A stretch of 52,668 nucleotides of DNA, filler included, from Streblomastix strix (Eukaryota): assembly GCA_008636045.1 (NCBI GenBank). It is 2 parts of 2 records of this genome, joined end to end, with 100 filler letters (N's around TTAATTAATTAA, not from the genome) between each part and the next. Parts side by side here need not be neighbours in the genome. Positions count along the whole stretch, not along the records: positions 26,414 to 52,668 come from SNRW01000170.1; 1 more part is not named here. One strand, given 5' to 3'. The translations under genes and the position numbers were made by a program. The notes under the pieces were generated by a model. That model made no database searches, was not told the origin of the DNA, and was given only the letters and a program-made list of their open reading frames with translations. Positions 39,090 to 51,258 of this stretch are shown here, piece after piece (positions within the stretch are counted from its first letter, which is position 1; each line of letters begins with the position of its first letter).

Positions 39090-42000
39090 ATGGCAGATAA
39101 ATAGGGGTAAGACTTATAAAGACGACGCACGCCTCCGATTGTGCCTCCGTTAATGACTCAATAATTACCAGAGCTATTACCATTAAATTTTCCACTTCAT
39201 CAAACGCTCAGATAAATATAATATTAAATGACTAAAATGTAAGAACATATATGATAGGCGCAAGCACGCGATTATTAACTAATGTCATAATTATAAACAG
39301 AATAATAACAATAAATATTAATGTATGACTATATTACGCAAATGTAAGCATGTAATTATTAACTATCAACTGAATTATAAATAAAGCAACGACAATAATA
39401 ATTGATATAAATGCAGAATTATATAACATAAAAGTAAGCACGGAATTATTAACCATCACCAGAATTATAAATATAATAAAAAATGGAACAACAATCAGAA
39501 CAACGATAACAACTTCTACCAATTCAGGATTAACTATTGGATCTAAGGAATAAAAAATTAACTCCAAATGTTATAAGAGAATTAATGATTTTATATGACC
39601 CTGAAACATAATAGAAAATAAATGTTAATGAGTTGAGGTCATAATTTTCAAAAATTTTAGATAAAATCGGTTTAAATAACTGTAGAAACTATAGAGATAT
39701 AGTTAGAAATGTAATCTTATAATCAGAACCATTTGCAAGACGCATCAGATAAGAGATTCAATAAGGCCTTCAAAACGAACAAATTATCGGTGATGCTTAT
39801 GCTAAATAATTTTTGTAAGAATTGAATAATATATAGCATATGAACGCTTAAGACGAATAGAACCAACAGCACAATTAATAATGCTAGCAAGTTATGGAAG
39901 ATTAGCGAGTCAGACATGCAATTTTATTAAAAGAAATTAAACAATAAAAAATAAACCTTAAATAAAAATAAAATGAGGAATTGTTCAAAAATGTTAAAGA
40001 TAAAATAAAAGAATTTGATGATGAAAATAAAGGTAAGATTTTTATGACAATTGATGCTCTTAACATCATGCAGAGTACAATTATGCTATGTGAGCCACAA
40101 CTCGAGTTAGATTATGATTGAAGAATTAATTTTGAGTGAAAACATATGAAAAATTATCACATCAAATATGACCAACTTTATGTTCATACAATCAATCCTA
40201 AAAATGAATATTACAAAAATGATTTTAAGAACAATTGAAGTTGTTGATGCTAATTTAGATGAAATATATTAGCAAGAATAAAAATTTGCATTCAAAATTG
40301 CGTTTTATTTTGGAGTGATTATTGAACGAGTCGATGGTTAAGAAAATGAATAGCAAATAATGTATAAAAATATTCATCCCCATGACGCTAGAACAGAGAT
40401 AAGAGCTCAAAAAAACATCCGCACTCAATTAGATTTAGTAGAATAAAAAAGATACATTAGTAACCACATTATTCAAATGTAAGAGAGAACCATCATGGAC
40501 ACCAAAGAGAAAATAGTTGGTATATTTTCAATAATGATTCAATTATTCAGATCATCACAAGCAGATACAGGCGATCGTACAACGCCTTCATTAAAGAAGC
40601 ACATTATGAGGCGAGATATTCGATATATTGACTCTGAAAAATATAATTAAAATTTATGTTTCTTTCTAATATATTGCTTTATTACGATGTCAGACATAAA
40701 TCCAGACGGTGTAATGGTGATTAAACATGAGAAGGAACATTCATATATTGCTGAAGATAAACGATTATTATAAAGAATCTATGAAAAAAATTGATGATAA
40801 TTTTTTAAATATTTAATTTTACTACAGAAGCGGATTAATTTATTTAGAATGAAAATTTAAATATAAATGTATTCGCTTACGTAGAAACAACGGCAACATC
40901 AAATGATTCAACGGTAAATGGCAGTTATTATCTCTGAAAATAATATAGAAGAAACAAATTGAACGAATGAATAGAAGAATTTATTGTTCTTTTAATTAAC
41001 GGTCTACTGTTCAACAAAAAGCTCGCATTTTATATAAATGATGTTGAGGTACTAACTGGTTTAAAATATTGCCCTATCTGTGGTATGCAGGCTTACAAGA
41101 CCAGAGATTCAAATTTGTAATATAAACTAAAAATGGACATATAAAAATGTTGAAAAATGGAGAAAATATAGTAAATAAAAGTTTATTTAGAAAGATTTCC
41201 AAGACCATATGTTCCACACATTTTAAATAATATTAGCTATAAGTATCTTTTGGCACATGGTAGAGAGGATGAATTCAAACCTAGAAATATTATTATAACA
41301 TACGATATTAAAACAGTTGAAAGAATCGCTAATGAAAAATTATGTGATAATTCAAAATAAATTTCAAAATTAGAACCATTATCGAATGTGAGTATAATAA
41401 AAATAAAAAATAAAGTTGTTGATGTCGCAGACGCTGGTTCCATTGATTAAATTTATTCCATTTATTTTGATAAATAAACTCCTAACTTCATTAATGTATG
41501 GATTAAATAATTGTTTATAGAAGCCAGAAAAATTATTGATTCAAACAAATATGAAGATGAGACGATACCATAGCATTATGAGGTTCCAGTAATTGGTTTC
41601 AACTCTTCAAAGTTCGATGTTGCATTGATTCTTAAAAATTTATAAAGCGATTAATAGCAAATTATTAAAAATCTTAGAAGTGGTTTAAATGCAAAATAAA
41701 TCATTACTAAATATGACATATCTGGAATCAAATTGGGATTCATTGATACGATGATTTATTGTACGAAAATTAAATTTAAACTATTCATAAAAGATTTCAC
41801 ATATAAAACAATGTAAAGCATTCCATCGAAGTTAAAATTTCCATATGAATTTATTAAATACGATAATTATAATGAAATAATTAATAATCCTTAACCATTT
41901 CCGATTGAAGCGTTTAGAAATTCAATTAAAAATAAAAATATAACTAAAGAGAAATACTTAAATTATTTAGCTGTTGCACAGCAATATTCGAACAGGTGGG

Positions 42001-44130
42001 ATTATTTTCGACACTACAACCTTGAAGACACTCGCTTAATGATTCAGCCGTTGGATTGTATAATTGATATGTTCTTTAATTAAAAAATTGACATGAAATT
42101 TATGTCAATGTCTACATGTGCTAATGTTTTCAAACATGTACTTGCTTATTGCGACTTCAAATTGTACTAAGATTATACGCCCAAAGATGATAATGCATCA
42201 TTTGTACTTACATAAAATTATTGGAACATTAAATTTTAAATTTATCTAAAATAAGAAAATAGAAGAAATATAGACTCAAGCAACAACATCAAAGAAACCG
42301 ATTGAGCGTTCTACAGAAAATTATTTCTGTCGACAAGATGCCGCATACGCAAGGCACAATTCACAATCAAAATTTCTCCAACATTAGATAGAATTAACAA
42401 CAACAGGGGTCATTTTGTAGATAACATAGAACCGTGCTGCTTATTTTGTAACAAATTTAAGTCAAATAAATTTGAAAATTTTACCCTTTTAATTATATAA
42501 CTGAAAAATTTCTGTCTTAGAAAGTCGCTACCTATGACAATAACCGATGAAGAAGTTTATTAAATTTTACGTTCTGGTATCACAGGTGGATTATCGCAAG
42601 TCATGCATCGCTATAATGTTGCAGGTGAAACTAAAATAAATTAATTAAAATTTATTAATGGAAAGGTCATTAGTTAAGACACCGAGCACACTATGATCAA
42701 TCTTTTAACTCTAGATTTCATTTGTTAATATCCTTCTGTTGTGATCTCAGAGCCGCTTAAGTTCATCAAAAATATGGGTAAACGTTTATACATGGCGGGA
42801 CAAATATTAGATAAAATTACTGATAAATAAATAGTAAGAAATTTAGTTTATAACCACCAACGATTTAATGACGTTGAAAGAATGCCTTTATTTATCGCAG
42901 TTGTTAAAGGACTCGTCGATGAATAATATATAAATGATTTTATTAATTTTCTTCCAATACTGAGAAACATTGATATAATGACCGATTAAAAAACATTAGG
43001 CTCATACATGTATAATCTGCTGCTGATGAATAATATGTTGTACGACAAAATTGAATTAAAATTAATAAATTTATCATCGACGCATGAGTAGTTCGTGTCG
43101 TTCAATAACTATTATTTGTGGCTTCTCAATGATAATTTTTATTTCATTATTGATGATAATTAATGTGTTATAATTTTCTCGAAGCATGACAGATTCAATC
43201 TATTTGTTAAGGAATTGATAAGTCAAAGAATATGGACAATTAATGAAAAAAATAATGGAAAATAATAATTCTATAAATTAGCTATGAATTCAAGCTATGG
43301 AAGTGATGGAATGAATTAAGAAAAATATTCGCAAACGAAATTGTTGAGCTTTGATAGGACATGGTTGTCTCATCTCTAAGGTTCATTCGTTAATGATTAA
43401 TAATTAACAGATGATTTATTTGTTGTATAATTTAATACTGAGAGCTGCAACTGCAACACTTGCATCAATTCTGCGAATTTCGCGTTGGATAATAGCAAAT
43501 ATTGGTACCTTAATTTTATCTATAATTTTATAGTTAAAGCTTTCGATACGAACAAGATGCTTTATTTTTGTGGTGATACTGATTCGATGACATGGGCCAT
43601 CAGCGGCAACTCTGACGCAGAAAAAGGATATAGACAGAAATTTAAATATTTATTCATGGACTAGAAATTATTCAATGAAAATTATCCACTTTTCTTCGGT
43701 TAATATAAACAAATATTGGGAGTCAGTTATGAGGCAGAAAGAACGGCATGCATTGCTTTAGCACCTAAAATTCATTATATTTATAATCATAAGCATTATG
43801 AGAATAAAAAAGATTACAATTGTTGTTTAAAAGGAAAAATTTTAAAAAAAATTATTCTATTGAACGAAAAAGGATACAAATAATCATTATTGGAAGAAAA
43901 AATTTATGCTAAAAATATTAGTCTTGATTAAACAAATAAATAAATATCAAAAATATATAATTAAAGTTGGATTAACATTAATTCGTATTAAAATGGGTTT
44001 TCCTGAAAATTATTGTTGTGCTCTATATCTATATATAAACGGATAACAAATGAATTCAGATAATTATGTCATCGAGAAAAATAACAACGAAATCTGTGAA
44101 ATTGACACGATAAATACGAATAGAAAATGA
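39090..44130 (+). pseudogene. Second, divergent pPolB polyprotein with HNH insert
   Basis: Asn-rich N-terminus, NLCFF, YCPICG, ITYDIKT, IGFNSSKFD, KFPYEF, HYNLEDT, PTLDRINNNRGHFVDNIEPCCLFCN, GITGGLS, LDFICQYPS, KLAMNSSYG, GDTDS, ALAPK. Many lesions. Confidence 0.92.
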
Positions 44131-44220
44131 ATGTCTTTAAAGTATTCTGAATGTTACAAGTGTTCTAAATCAGAAATTTTCATCAAAAAAATACTGCCAG
44201 CCTGCCATTCTACTAGATTG
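44068..44220 (-). repeat. Intergenic repeat M5 (reverse)
   Basis: AGTATTCTGAATGTTACAAGTGTTCTAAATCAGAAATTTTCATCAAAAAAATACTGCCAGCCTGCCATTCT is an inverted match to 46055-46143. Confidence 0.85.
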
Positions 44221-44276
44221 TTAATTGATTTTATTAATGAATTGAACATAAATTGTTTTATTTTTGTAAGAAATAG

Positions 44277-45641
44277 ATGTAAATTAAAATTAGATTATAT
44301 TAGAAAATATGTAGGACATTTGCTGATGGTAAATATCAAAGAAATGAATATGAATTTGAAGTATAATAAGATACCGATGATAAGGCATTTTAAATTTAAT
44401 ACTAAATGAATCTATGACAGTTCATAAAAATTTCTTTAAAATTGTAAATAAAAAATACATTGAAATTATGATTGAAAAAATGCTAATGAAATAATTATTG
44501 GAATTCAAACAGTGATGGATTAGTACTATTATTACATTTAAGTTTAATAGTAATTTGAATCTACAAAATAAATGAAAAAATAAAAAAGTAAACAATTGGA
44601 TAAAGACGTTCAATCATTCTCATCAATTTAAGGTGGCAACGATGAAAATATGTCCTATTTTCCTTTCAAAACAAAATTAAAATTGTTTGAAAAATCAATA
44701 AATAAAAATATGCTAATAATCAATACTTACCTGTTATAGGTTATAAATTAAAACAATTGCAAAAACTGCAATGACCGTATTTCTCTTCAAAGTTGGGCAG
44801 TTAGGAAACAGATATTGTCTTTTCTGTCGATTAAGACTGGCAGGAGAATAATGATGAATATGATGCTGCAATCATTGAAGAAAATGAAATATTAAATGAG
44901 AGAGAAAAAAGAATAAAAACAGGTATGTACATATTTTGTATAACCACTAATACGAAATATTTAGAGATATATCCTTTGATAAATAAATCAGCTGCATAAG
45001 TAGTCGGATAATGAAAAAACCAATAAAAAATTATTAAATAATATTCGTGATGATGGAGAGAAAGGATCTAATGGTTCTTATTTTATTCATAGGATAAAAT
45101 TGATTGTAATTTCACTGATTCAAAATTCACAAATCATAATAGAGCTGTAGTGCCAGTTATTTGTACGATAAGGAATGCATTTTATTATAAATTTAATTAA
45201 TTTTCAACGAATAAATAAATGTTAAATGTCGTTGATATATACAATGATACTCCTCATCTAGCATTTTAAAATAAATATAGCTCATATTAAGTTCAATTGT
45301 CAATATATTTAGAAGGATAATATATACATTCATAAATGAAGAAATTAGAGCGACAATTAGTAAGACAACGATAACAGAGCATATTATCATTTAAAGCAGG
45401 AAATATAATATTGATACATCTTGATTTCTAAAAAACATAATAGAAATTTATGAAATAAAGGAAAAATTTTAATTTGTTAGCAGAGTTCATTCGATACGTG
45501 AATGGTAATGTTTTATGCAGATTATTGAATCATTCTTATAAAATAAATATAATAAAAAAACCTTCTTATTATTGTAAATATGTTAGTGAAAATAAGGAAT
45601 CACTTCCAGAAAATTATGCTATAGAATTTTTATTTAGATGA
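44277..45641 (+). pseudogene. Retroviral-like (RVE/DDE) integrase of Maverick type
   Basis: RPYFSSKLGSQETDIVF, YIFCITTNTKYLEIYPLINKS, YIRDDGE, NHNRAV..VICTIRN, VDIYNDTPH, GNIILIHLD, RKNF. Several frameshifts. Confidence 0.8.
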
Positions 45642-45690
45642 AATAAAATTTATAATTATTATTTATTTTTCATTTTTTATCGTATAATAA

Positions 45691-46022
45691 ATGCCATAAT
45701 CGGTTAATCAGTGTTACAGCACAAACAGAATCAGCCGAAATCGAACCATTAAATTCATCGAAATAAGGTTGGCAAAAGAAATATATCGATAAAGAATAGG
45801 CAACGATTGCTGCTAGCGAATAACGCAAAAATGCAAGAATTAGATATAAATTAAATCAAACAGATTATGTTTCTAAAGTCAATGATATGCAATTATTGAT
45901 GATTAAAAAACTTAAAAAAATAATTTTGAACAATAATGATTTATAACCAATTAATGAACACATTAGAATATAACAAAGACCAAGACATTAATGAAGATGT
46001 TAATGACTAAATCAGCATTTGA
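45691..46022 (+). pseudogene. Small basic hypothetical protein
   Basis: KQGWQKKYIDKEQATIAASEQRKNARIRYK. Frameshifted. Confidence 0.45.
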
Positions 46023-46054
46023 ATCAAACAATTTACTTTTATTATTTTTATTCA

Positions 46055-46260
46055 TTTCTGGCAGAATCGTAGGCTAGCAGCATTTTTTGATGAAAGTTTC
46101 TGTCTCGGAACACTTGGAATACTCGGAACACTCAAAAGTCATTTATTACTCAACTCAATCTATCGTTACATTTTCGAATATTTCATTGATGTTTTATGAC
46201 TCGGAACACTCGGAACATTCAAACATCAATAAAGAACAACGTCAATTTCTCACAACAATT
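46055..46260 (+). repeat. Intergenic repeat M6 (forward, tandemly duplicated core)
   Basis: AGAATCGTAGGCTAGCAGCATTTTTTGATGAAAGTTTCTGTCTCGGAACACTTGGAATACTCGGAACACTCAAAAGTC...TGATGTTTTATGACTCGGAACACTCGGAAC. Confidence 0.88.
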
Positions 46261-46599
46261 CACTCTAAATATGTATAAAATTCAATGATTTATTCAATGT
46301 TTTCACCAATAATTTTAGACTTTCATTAACCAAATTCATTAATAATTCCATCAGTCTACCTATGTAGTTGTGTGAATTTGACGAGTGCCATATGTACAAA
46401 GAATATGACTCAAGAATGGGCATCATTTGCATACGTCACCAATTCAATTCAGTAATCATTATCAATCATGTCATTCATTAATTTAAACCATTTGAATATT
46501 CTGTCTTAAATTAACGAAGTACAGATATTTCCATACATTAAACAAACATATTTATTTACATAACATAATTTATTTGCTTTATTTATTTAATTTCTTTAA

Positions 46600-47880
46600 T
46601 ATGGGGTACTCGTCATATTCACATTTCTACCAATTTATTAATTTCTGAAGTCAGAACCTCCGTGCGATCACCAGTGGCAGAAATTAATATCTTTGAAGAA
46701 GTCTAATTACATATGATGCACTACGCACTTTTATGAAAATGTTCCTGTGTGCGGTATTATTGGAGACAAAATAGTTATTTTTTCCGTCCTAACATTCTTT
46801 TAATTATAATCTTATAACTTGAAGCTGGTAATCGTGTCACTGGTCTCTAACCGTAGAATTTTCTTGATGTTTACGCTATTGATTCAATAAGAGTAAAATT
46901 TTCCTTGTATTCTATTAAAAAAGTATATTCACCTTATTTAAGCATTTTGATTTAGGATTTATATTGACCATGTTAGTATTCAGCACATGTGATGTGATTT
47001 TTATAATCAAGCAGTTTTTATTACTATTCGGAGTTGAATTCCTCAAGTGTTGCATTAAATCTTTACATATGTAGAAATAATATTTCTGCTTAAAGACAAG
47101 TATCAAATAAGTCAGTGCTGTTTTGAGGCTCTATCAATAGTCATGTTTTTCATGGAATGTAGATGAAAATATTTTATAAATGGAAAGAGGGTATTTATTA
47201 TAAAGTAGAGACTGCGAGTGCTCATGTAAATCATTCTCTTCTCAATAATATTTTGAAATTTTCCAATGAAAGTCTTGTAAGTAGCATTATCAATACCCAA
47301 AAAGAAATTATCTTGAAGGACTCCATTAAAGTCTTCAATAATCTCGTTTAAAACATTAGTTAGCATTGCCTTTTATTTCAAGCTATCATTCACGATCAGG
47401 GAATCATCACTTGGCACACTTTCTGTAATGTGTTCACCGTCAAATTCTAGTCTCAATCTTTTTAATGGATTTGAACATTCACTTAATTTTGTTTCTTTCA
47501 AGTTTCTTGCATCAAGGAGATTAAAAGAAATAATTTTGTTATTTATTATTCCAATAATCTCAATAATCTTTTATTTTACATCGCCTCCGTAGTTGTTAGG
47601 TTCAAAATCTTCTTCGTCTTCTTTGATTTCCCTTTTAATTTTATTTTTTCTCCTTTTCATTTCTGTTTCTCATTCTTCACTTATTTCTGATAACTTGTTC
47701 TAATCATTTGAAGAAAAACGATGTGAATCCATATTCAGAGCAATGAACAACAAAACGAAGCTCCTGAGTTGAGCCATATATTCCTTTTCCTTCAATATTC
47801 AATATGACTTGAAGTACCTTCCAATTAATTCTTTTTTGACTTGATAATCAATCATTAAAGTGGTACGCTTTCCTGTCATA
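46600..47880 (-). pseudogene. Decayed hypothetical gene with Cys/His-containing C-terminus
   Basis: Coding-like stretches (MLTNVLNEIIEDFNGVLQD...; CLQQYRTQEHFHKSAQCIICN) with many shifts. Family not recognised. Confidence 0.35.
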
Positions 47881-47965
47881 TTTTTTTAAAAAAGCTATTA
47901 GATTCGTTAATCTAAAAATCAATCAAACAATAAACGTAATCAAAACATTTCTATCTCCTATTTAC

Positions 47966-48775
47966 ATGGATAAAATTACAAAATATCGAGGGGCAAGTAA
48001 TTAATTACTTTTAGCTAATGGCGAAACGTCTGACTTAGATGATTTTTTGCTAAAATTACATTCTTTTACATATGGTGATTTTACACTATAACCAACTCTT
48101 TGAATTGATGATAAGTTAGGAGTTATAAAAATAAATAGAGGAATCAATAAAGATTTAGATAATAATTTATATTTAGGCTCTAATGTATATGATAGTATCT
48201 AAATCATCGACGGGCACCCCGTGCTTCTTCCAACGTTAGAATATAGCTGAGCATTAAATTCTAAATTAACAAATACTACAACAGGATTCAGAAATGACCA
48301 GCCATTTTAGATATAGAAAATGAGGGATATAAATGATTTAAATAAAAGTATATATATATCGATAAAGAATGCAATTTTTTAAAATTCAATGGTTAACCTA
48401 TTGTTCAACTAACAGCCAAATCAAGAATATTTCTCACAGGTGATTATGTCGTTAGTCTAAGCTAAAGCTTATTAGTTTTGCATAGCAGCGGTATAGTTTA
48501 TATTATAGCGTATCTTCATTGGACGTCATAAGGTGGTTTGACTAACATTCCCGTCACTGTGCGGTATGTTGATGAAGAATTTATCCCCCCATTTTTCTGA
48601 CCGAGTGATCATGTAGCATTTAACAGTTTCTTCACGAAATATAAATTAATATATCGACTGTATAATCAATCAGCGGGGCGAGGTCATCAAAAATTCAAAT
48701 TCTCTTACAATTTTACCGTCACCATTAAATGATGAAATTAATGGCACATATTTTATTAATATCGATGTAAATTGA
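47966..48775 (+). pseudogene. Fibre-like protein (probably 5'-truncated)
   Basis: GASNQLLLANGETSDLDDFLLK...AYLHWTSQGGLTNIPVTVRYVDEEFIP. Homologous to 27640-28540. Confidence 0.6.
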
Positions 48776-48794
48776 AATTTTTAAAATTATATAA

Positions 48795-48920
48795 ATGGAA
48801 GGCTTTAATGAGACTATAATTTATGCCTTCGGTTAATTAATTTTAAATTGGGATGCTATATTTAAAACCATTTGGGAAACTGCAATAAAAAATGCTTGCG
48901 AGAGTAAGATATGCCATTGA
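48795..48920 (+). CDS. Conserved 41-aa micro-protein
   Basis: MEGFNETIIYAFGQLILNWDAIFKTIWETAIKNACESKICH*, intact. Homologue at 27483-27608. Confidence 0.8.
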
Positions 48921-48937
48921 CAAATAATTATTTCTGT

Positions 48938-50898
48938 TCAACTATTGCGAATCATTGAGCCCCCATCTCTCCAATCACCTCCATACTAAGCACTTATGGG
49001 TCTGGATTATCATCAAACATTATCCGAACTATTGCATCACAAAGATAGTGGGTAATCGGCGACAAACCAACCAGTACAGGGTGAGAATATGCTCGTATGG
49101 TAATAAAATACTTAAAATCATTTTAGTTTTATTTATCGAGTATATGCATTGTTTCATTAATTCCTCTCACTAAATTGCCATGTAAAATAACCAATATATT
49201 TGTTTTAGCACTAATTTTTGAAGAGTTATATCCTCGCATAAATGAATCATCTTTGGCTAATTTCCAAGCTAGCATACATTTATTTGGATATAATGTTTTT
49301 GTCTCTTTTGTACCAGCACATAAAGTAGTAGCATAAAATATATTTGCGTTTTTTATAATGTCTGCATCAGTATGCGCATAAAAATCTTTTTAATCGTTTA
49401 TATTTTTATTCTCAAATGTAAGCGAATGATACAAATCAGAGGGAGCACTAACGACATCCTAATCAACGAAACAATCAAACATGGCACCATTAACAGTCTA
49501 AATAAGTGCTTCGTACGGGACAGGATCCACATAACGCTAATCGATAACCAAATCAAAGTTGAGGAACAGGACAGGGAAAAACCACGTTGGATATTAAGGC
49601 ATGGCAAAAGTCATAAACATAGCCTTAATGTTTGAGAATGACATAATACTTTGAAGACTTCCGCTATTATTACCAAAATTATTAAATGTAGAAATTGGAA
49701 GATTACGACCTTAATACTTAAGTGGGGAAATAAATAATTTTTTAGATTTGAATTAGTTAAATTATCTCTTCTTCATTTTCGATATTGAAACATACATTTT
49801 TTATCTCCAATTTTGTAAATAGTGCATTTTAAATTTAGCTAATGGTGTTCTAAGGTGTTTTAGCACCAACTTCGTCGCTTTGCATATCAACCAATCTAAC
49901 ACTATATTTCCTGCAACTATAAATATTAGTGGCTGTTACTTTTAATAAATTTATTATATCTGATTTTTCAGGGGGTATCATTTGGTAAGCTAAATTATTA
50001 TTAAAATAGAATCTGTTTTATTTAGCCAAACAACCTTTAAGTCCTACAGGAAACCCTGCATTCAGAGCTATAAATATTATGATGCATAATTTCTTGTTAG
50101 CTCAGGAAAAGAATTAAAAATCGGGATCAATTGATTCAAGTCTAAAATACCACTAAATACAATATCATGATGCATTTTATAATAATAATTTGTAGTTGCC
50201 GCTTAAGTATTTATATCACTCATTTTCACGTCTACAAATATTCCACAGTGCCGTTTTCCTGCTACAATGCTTTCAAGTGGCAAAACGCTGACGGAGTTAT
50301 TAGTCCATAAATCTCTTAATGAATTTGAACATATTACGGCTTGCTCTCTTGCATAAATTGATGTATCCCATAATTTCATACTATCTTTTCATATGGCAAA
50401 TTAATTAAATCGGCCGCAAGCAGTGGAAAATCCAAGCTAAAAGTGTAGTACTTCCGTTGGGTCTATAGCATAGCTTTATTATGCAGCTGTCATTGTTAGA
50501 TTAGCAGCTATTGAATCTAGTGGGTTAGCTACAGAATTAAAATTAACTGCTAAGTTTACCGTGTCTGGATCTACTATTACGCGGCCATCATCTATTTTGT
50601 TTAATTATATCGCTAATGTATTTTTGGGTATCGTAATTGTCCAATTTACCTAGCAAGTTTAAACCATGGAACATATAGCTGACCCTCTTGCAGCTAGTGG
50701 AGCACGGGTATATTTAACACCTGCGGAATTTAATTGAGTAAGTGGCTGGTCAAAAAATTCTTATTTTGATATGGTGAAAGATTATGAGTGTATGCTCATG
50801 GTTTTCAATACCTCACCCATCGCTATATAGCCATTATTATAGTCCGAGTGTTGCATTTTTGCGGGAAGACTTAAATAATCGCTTGAGTTGAATGACAT
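48938..50898 (-). pseudogene. Major-capsid-like protein type 2, full length (~650 codons)
   Basis: MSFNSSDYLS..., FQLGFSTACGRFNQFAI, AREQAV, LESI..HCGIFVD, ILDLNQLIPIFNSFP, MLAWKLAKDDSFMRGYNSSK, DAIVRIMFD. Same motif order as the type 1 MCP. Confidence 0.7.
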
Positions 50899-50967
50899 TT
50901 TAAATAAATAAAAATAATTAAAAAGCACTGGCAAGCATTCATTTTTATTATTTTTATTATAAAGTAA

Positions 50968-51173
50968 ATGGGTTTTTTCTCGAAGATAACAAATTTTGGA
51001 AGTATAATTTAGGTGGGGTAAGACATGCTGCATAATGGGTAGCACCAACTCCCCATATAGTATTAAGTATGGTAGTCGGCCCAGCAGGAATGATCCATCC
51101 AGGCTTCGGGTCAGCACTTGGTGCAGGTGCTAATCTTTCGGGGTCAGTGGATAGACTGGTAAATAAACGCTGA
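50968..51173 (+). pseudogene. ~68-aa Gly-rich amphipathic peptide (candidate membrane-lytic protein), one frameshift
   Basis: MGFFSKITNFGSII/GGVRHAAQWVAPTPHIVLSMVVGPAGMIHPGFGSALGAGANLSGSVDRLVNKR*. Confidence 0.65.
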
Positions 51174-51258
51174 CAGATCCATTGAACCTTCGGCTGGCCC
51201 CTTCAGGGCTGATGCAATTAATGGATTCACTAAAATAATTTATTTTTGCAGAAATAAA

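Noticed and set aside
46100..46225. CRISPR-like array from the ACTCGGAAC repeats
   Set aside because: These are 9-bp tandem units without unique spacers, there are no cas genes, and the context is eukaryotic.
46603..46625. GGGGTACTCGTCATATTCAC as a transposon TIR for the 46600-47880 gene
   Set aside because: No matching inverted end was found and no transposase catalytic motifs were recognised.
570..49635. Most ORFs in the supplied track (e.g. 570-806, 16525-16737, 37163-37432, 37750-38115, 39334-39567, 48955-49173, 49372-49635)
   Set aside because: They are antisense or off-frame shadows of real genes that only open up when TAA/TAG are read as Gln.
26414..50898. The two inverted fibre/MCP2 modules as giant TIRs of one element
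   Set aside because: They are clearly diverged even at protein level, unlike TIR arms. Separate copies or an old duplication is more likely.
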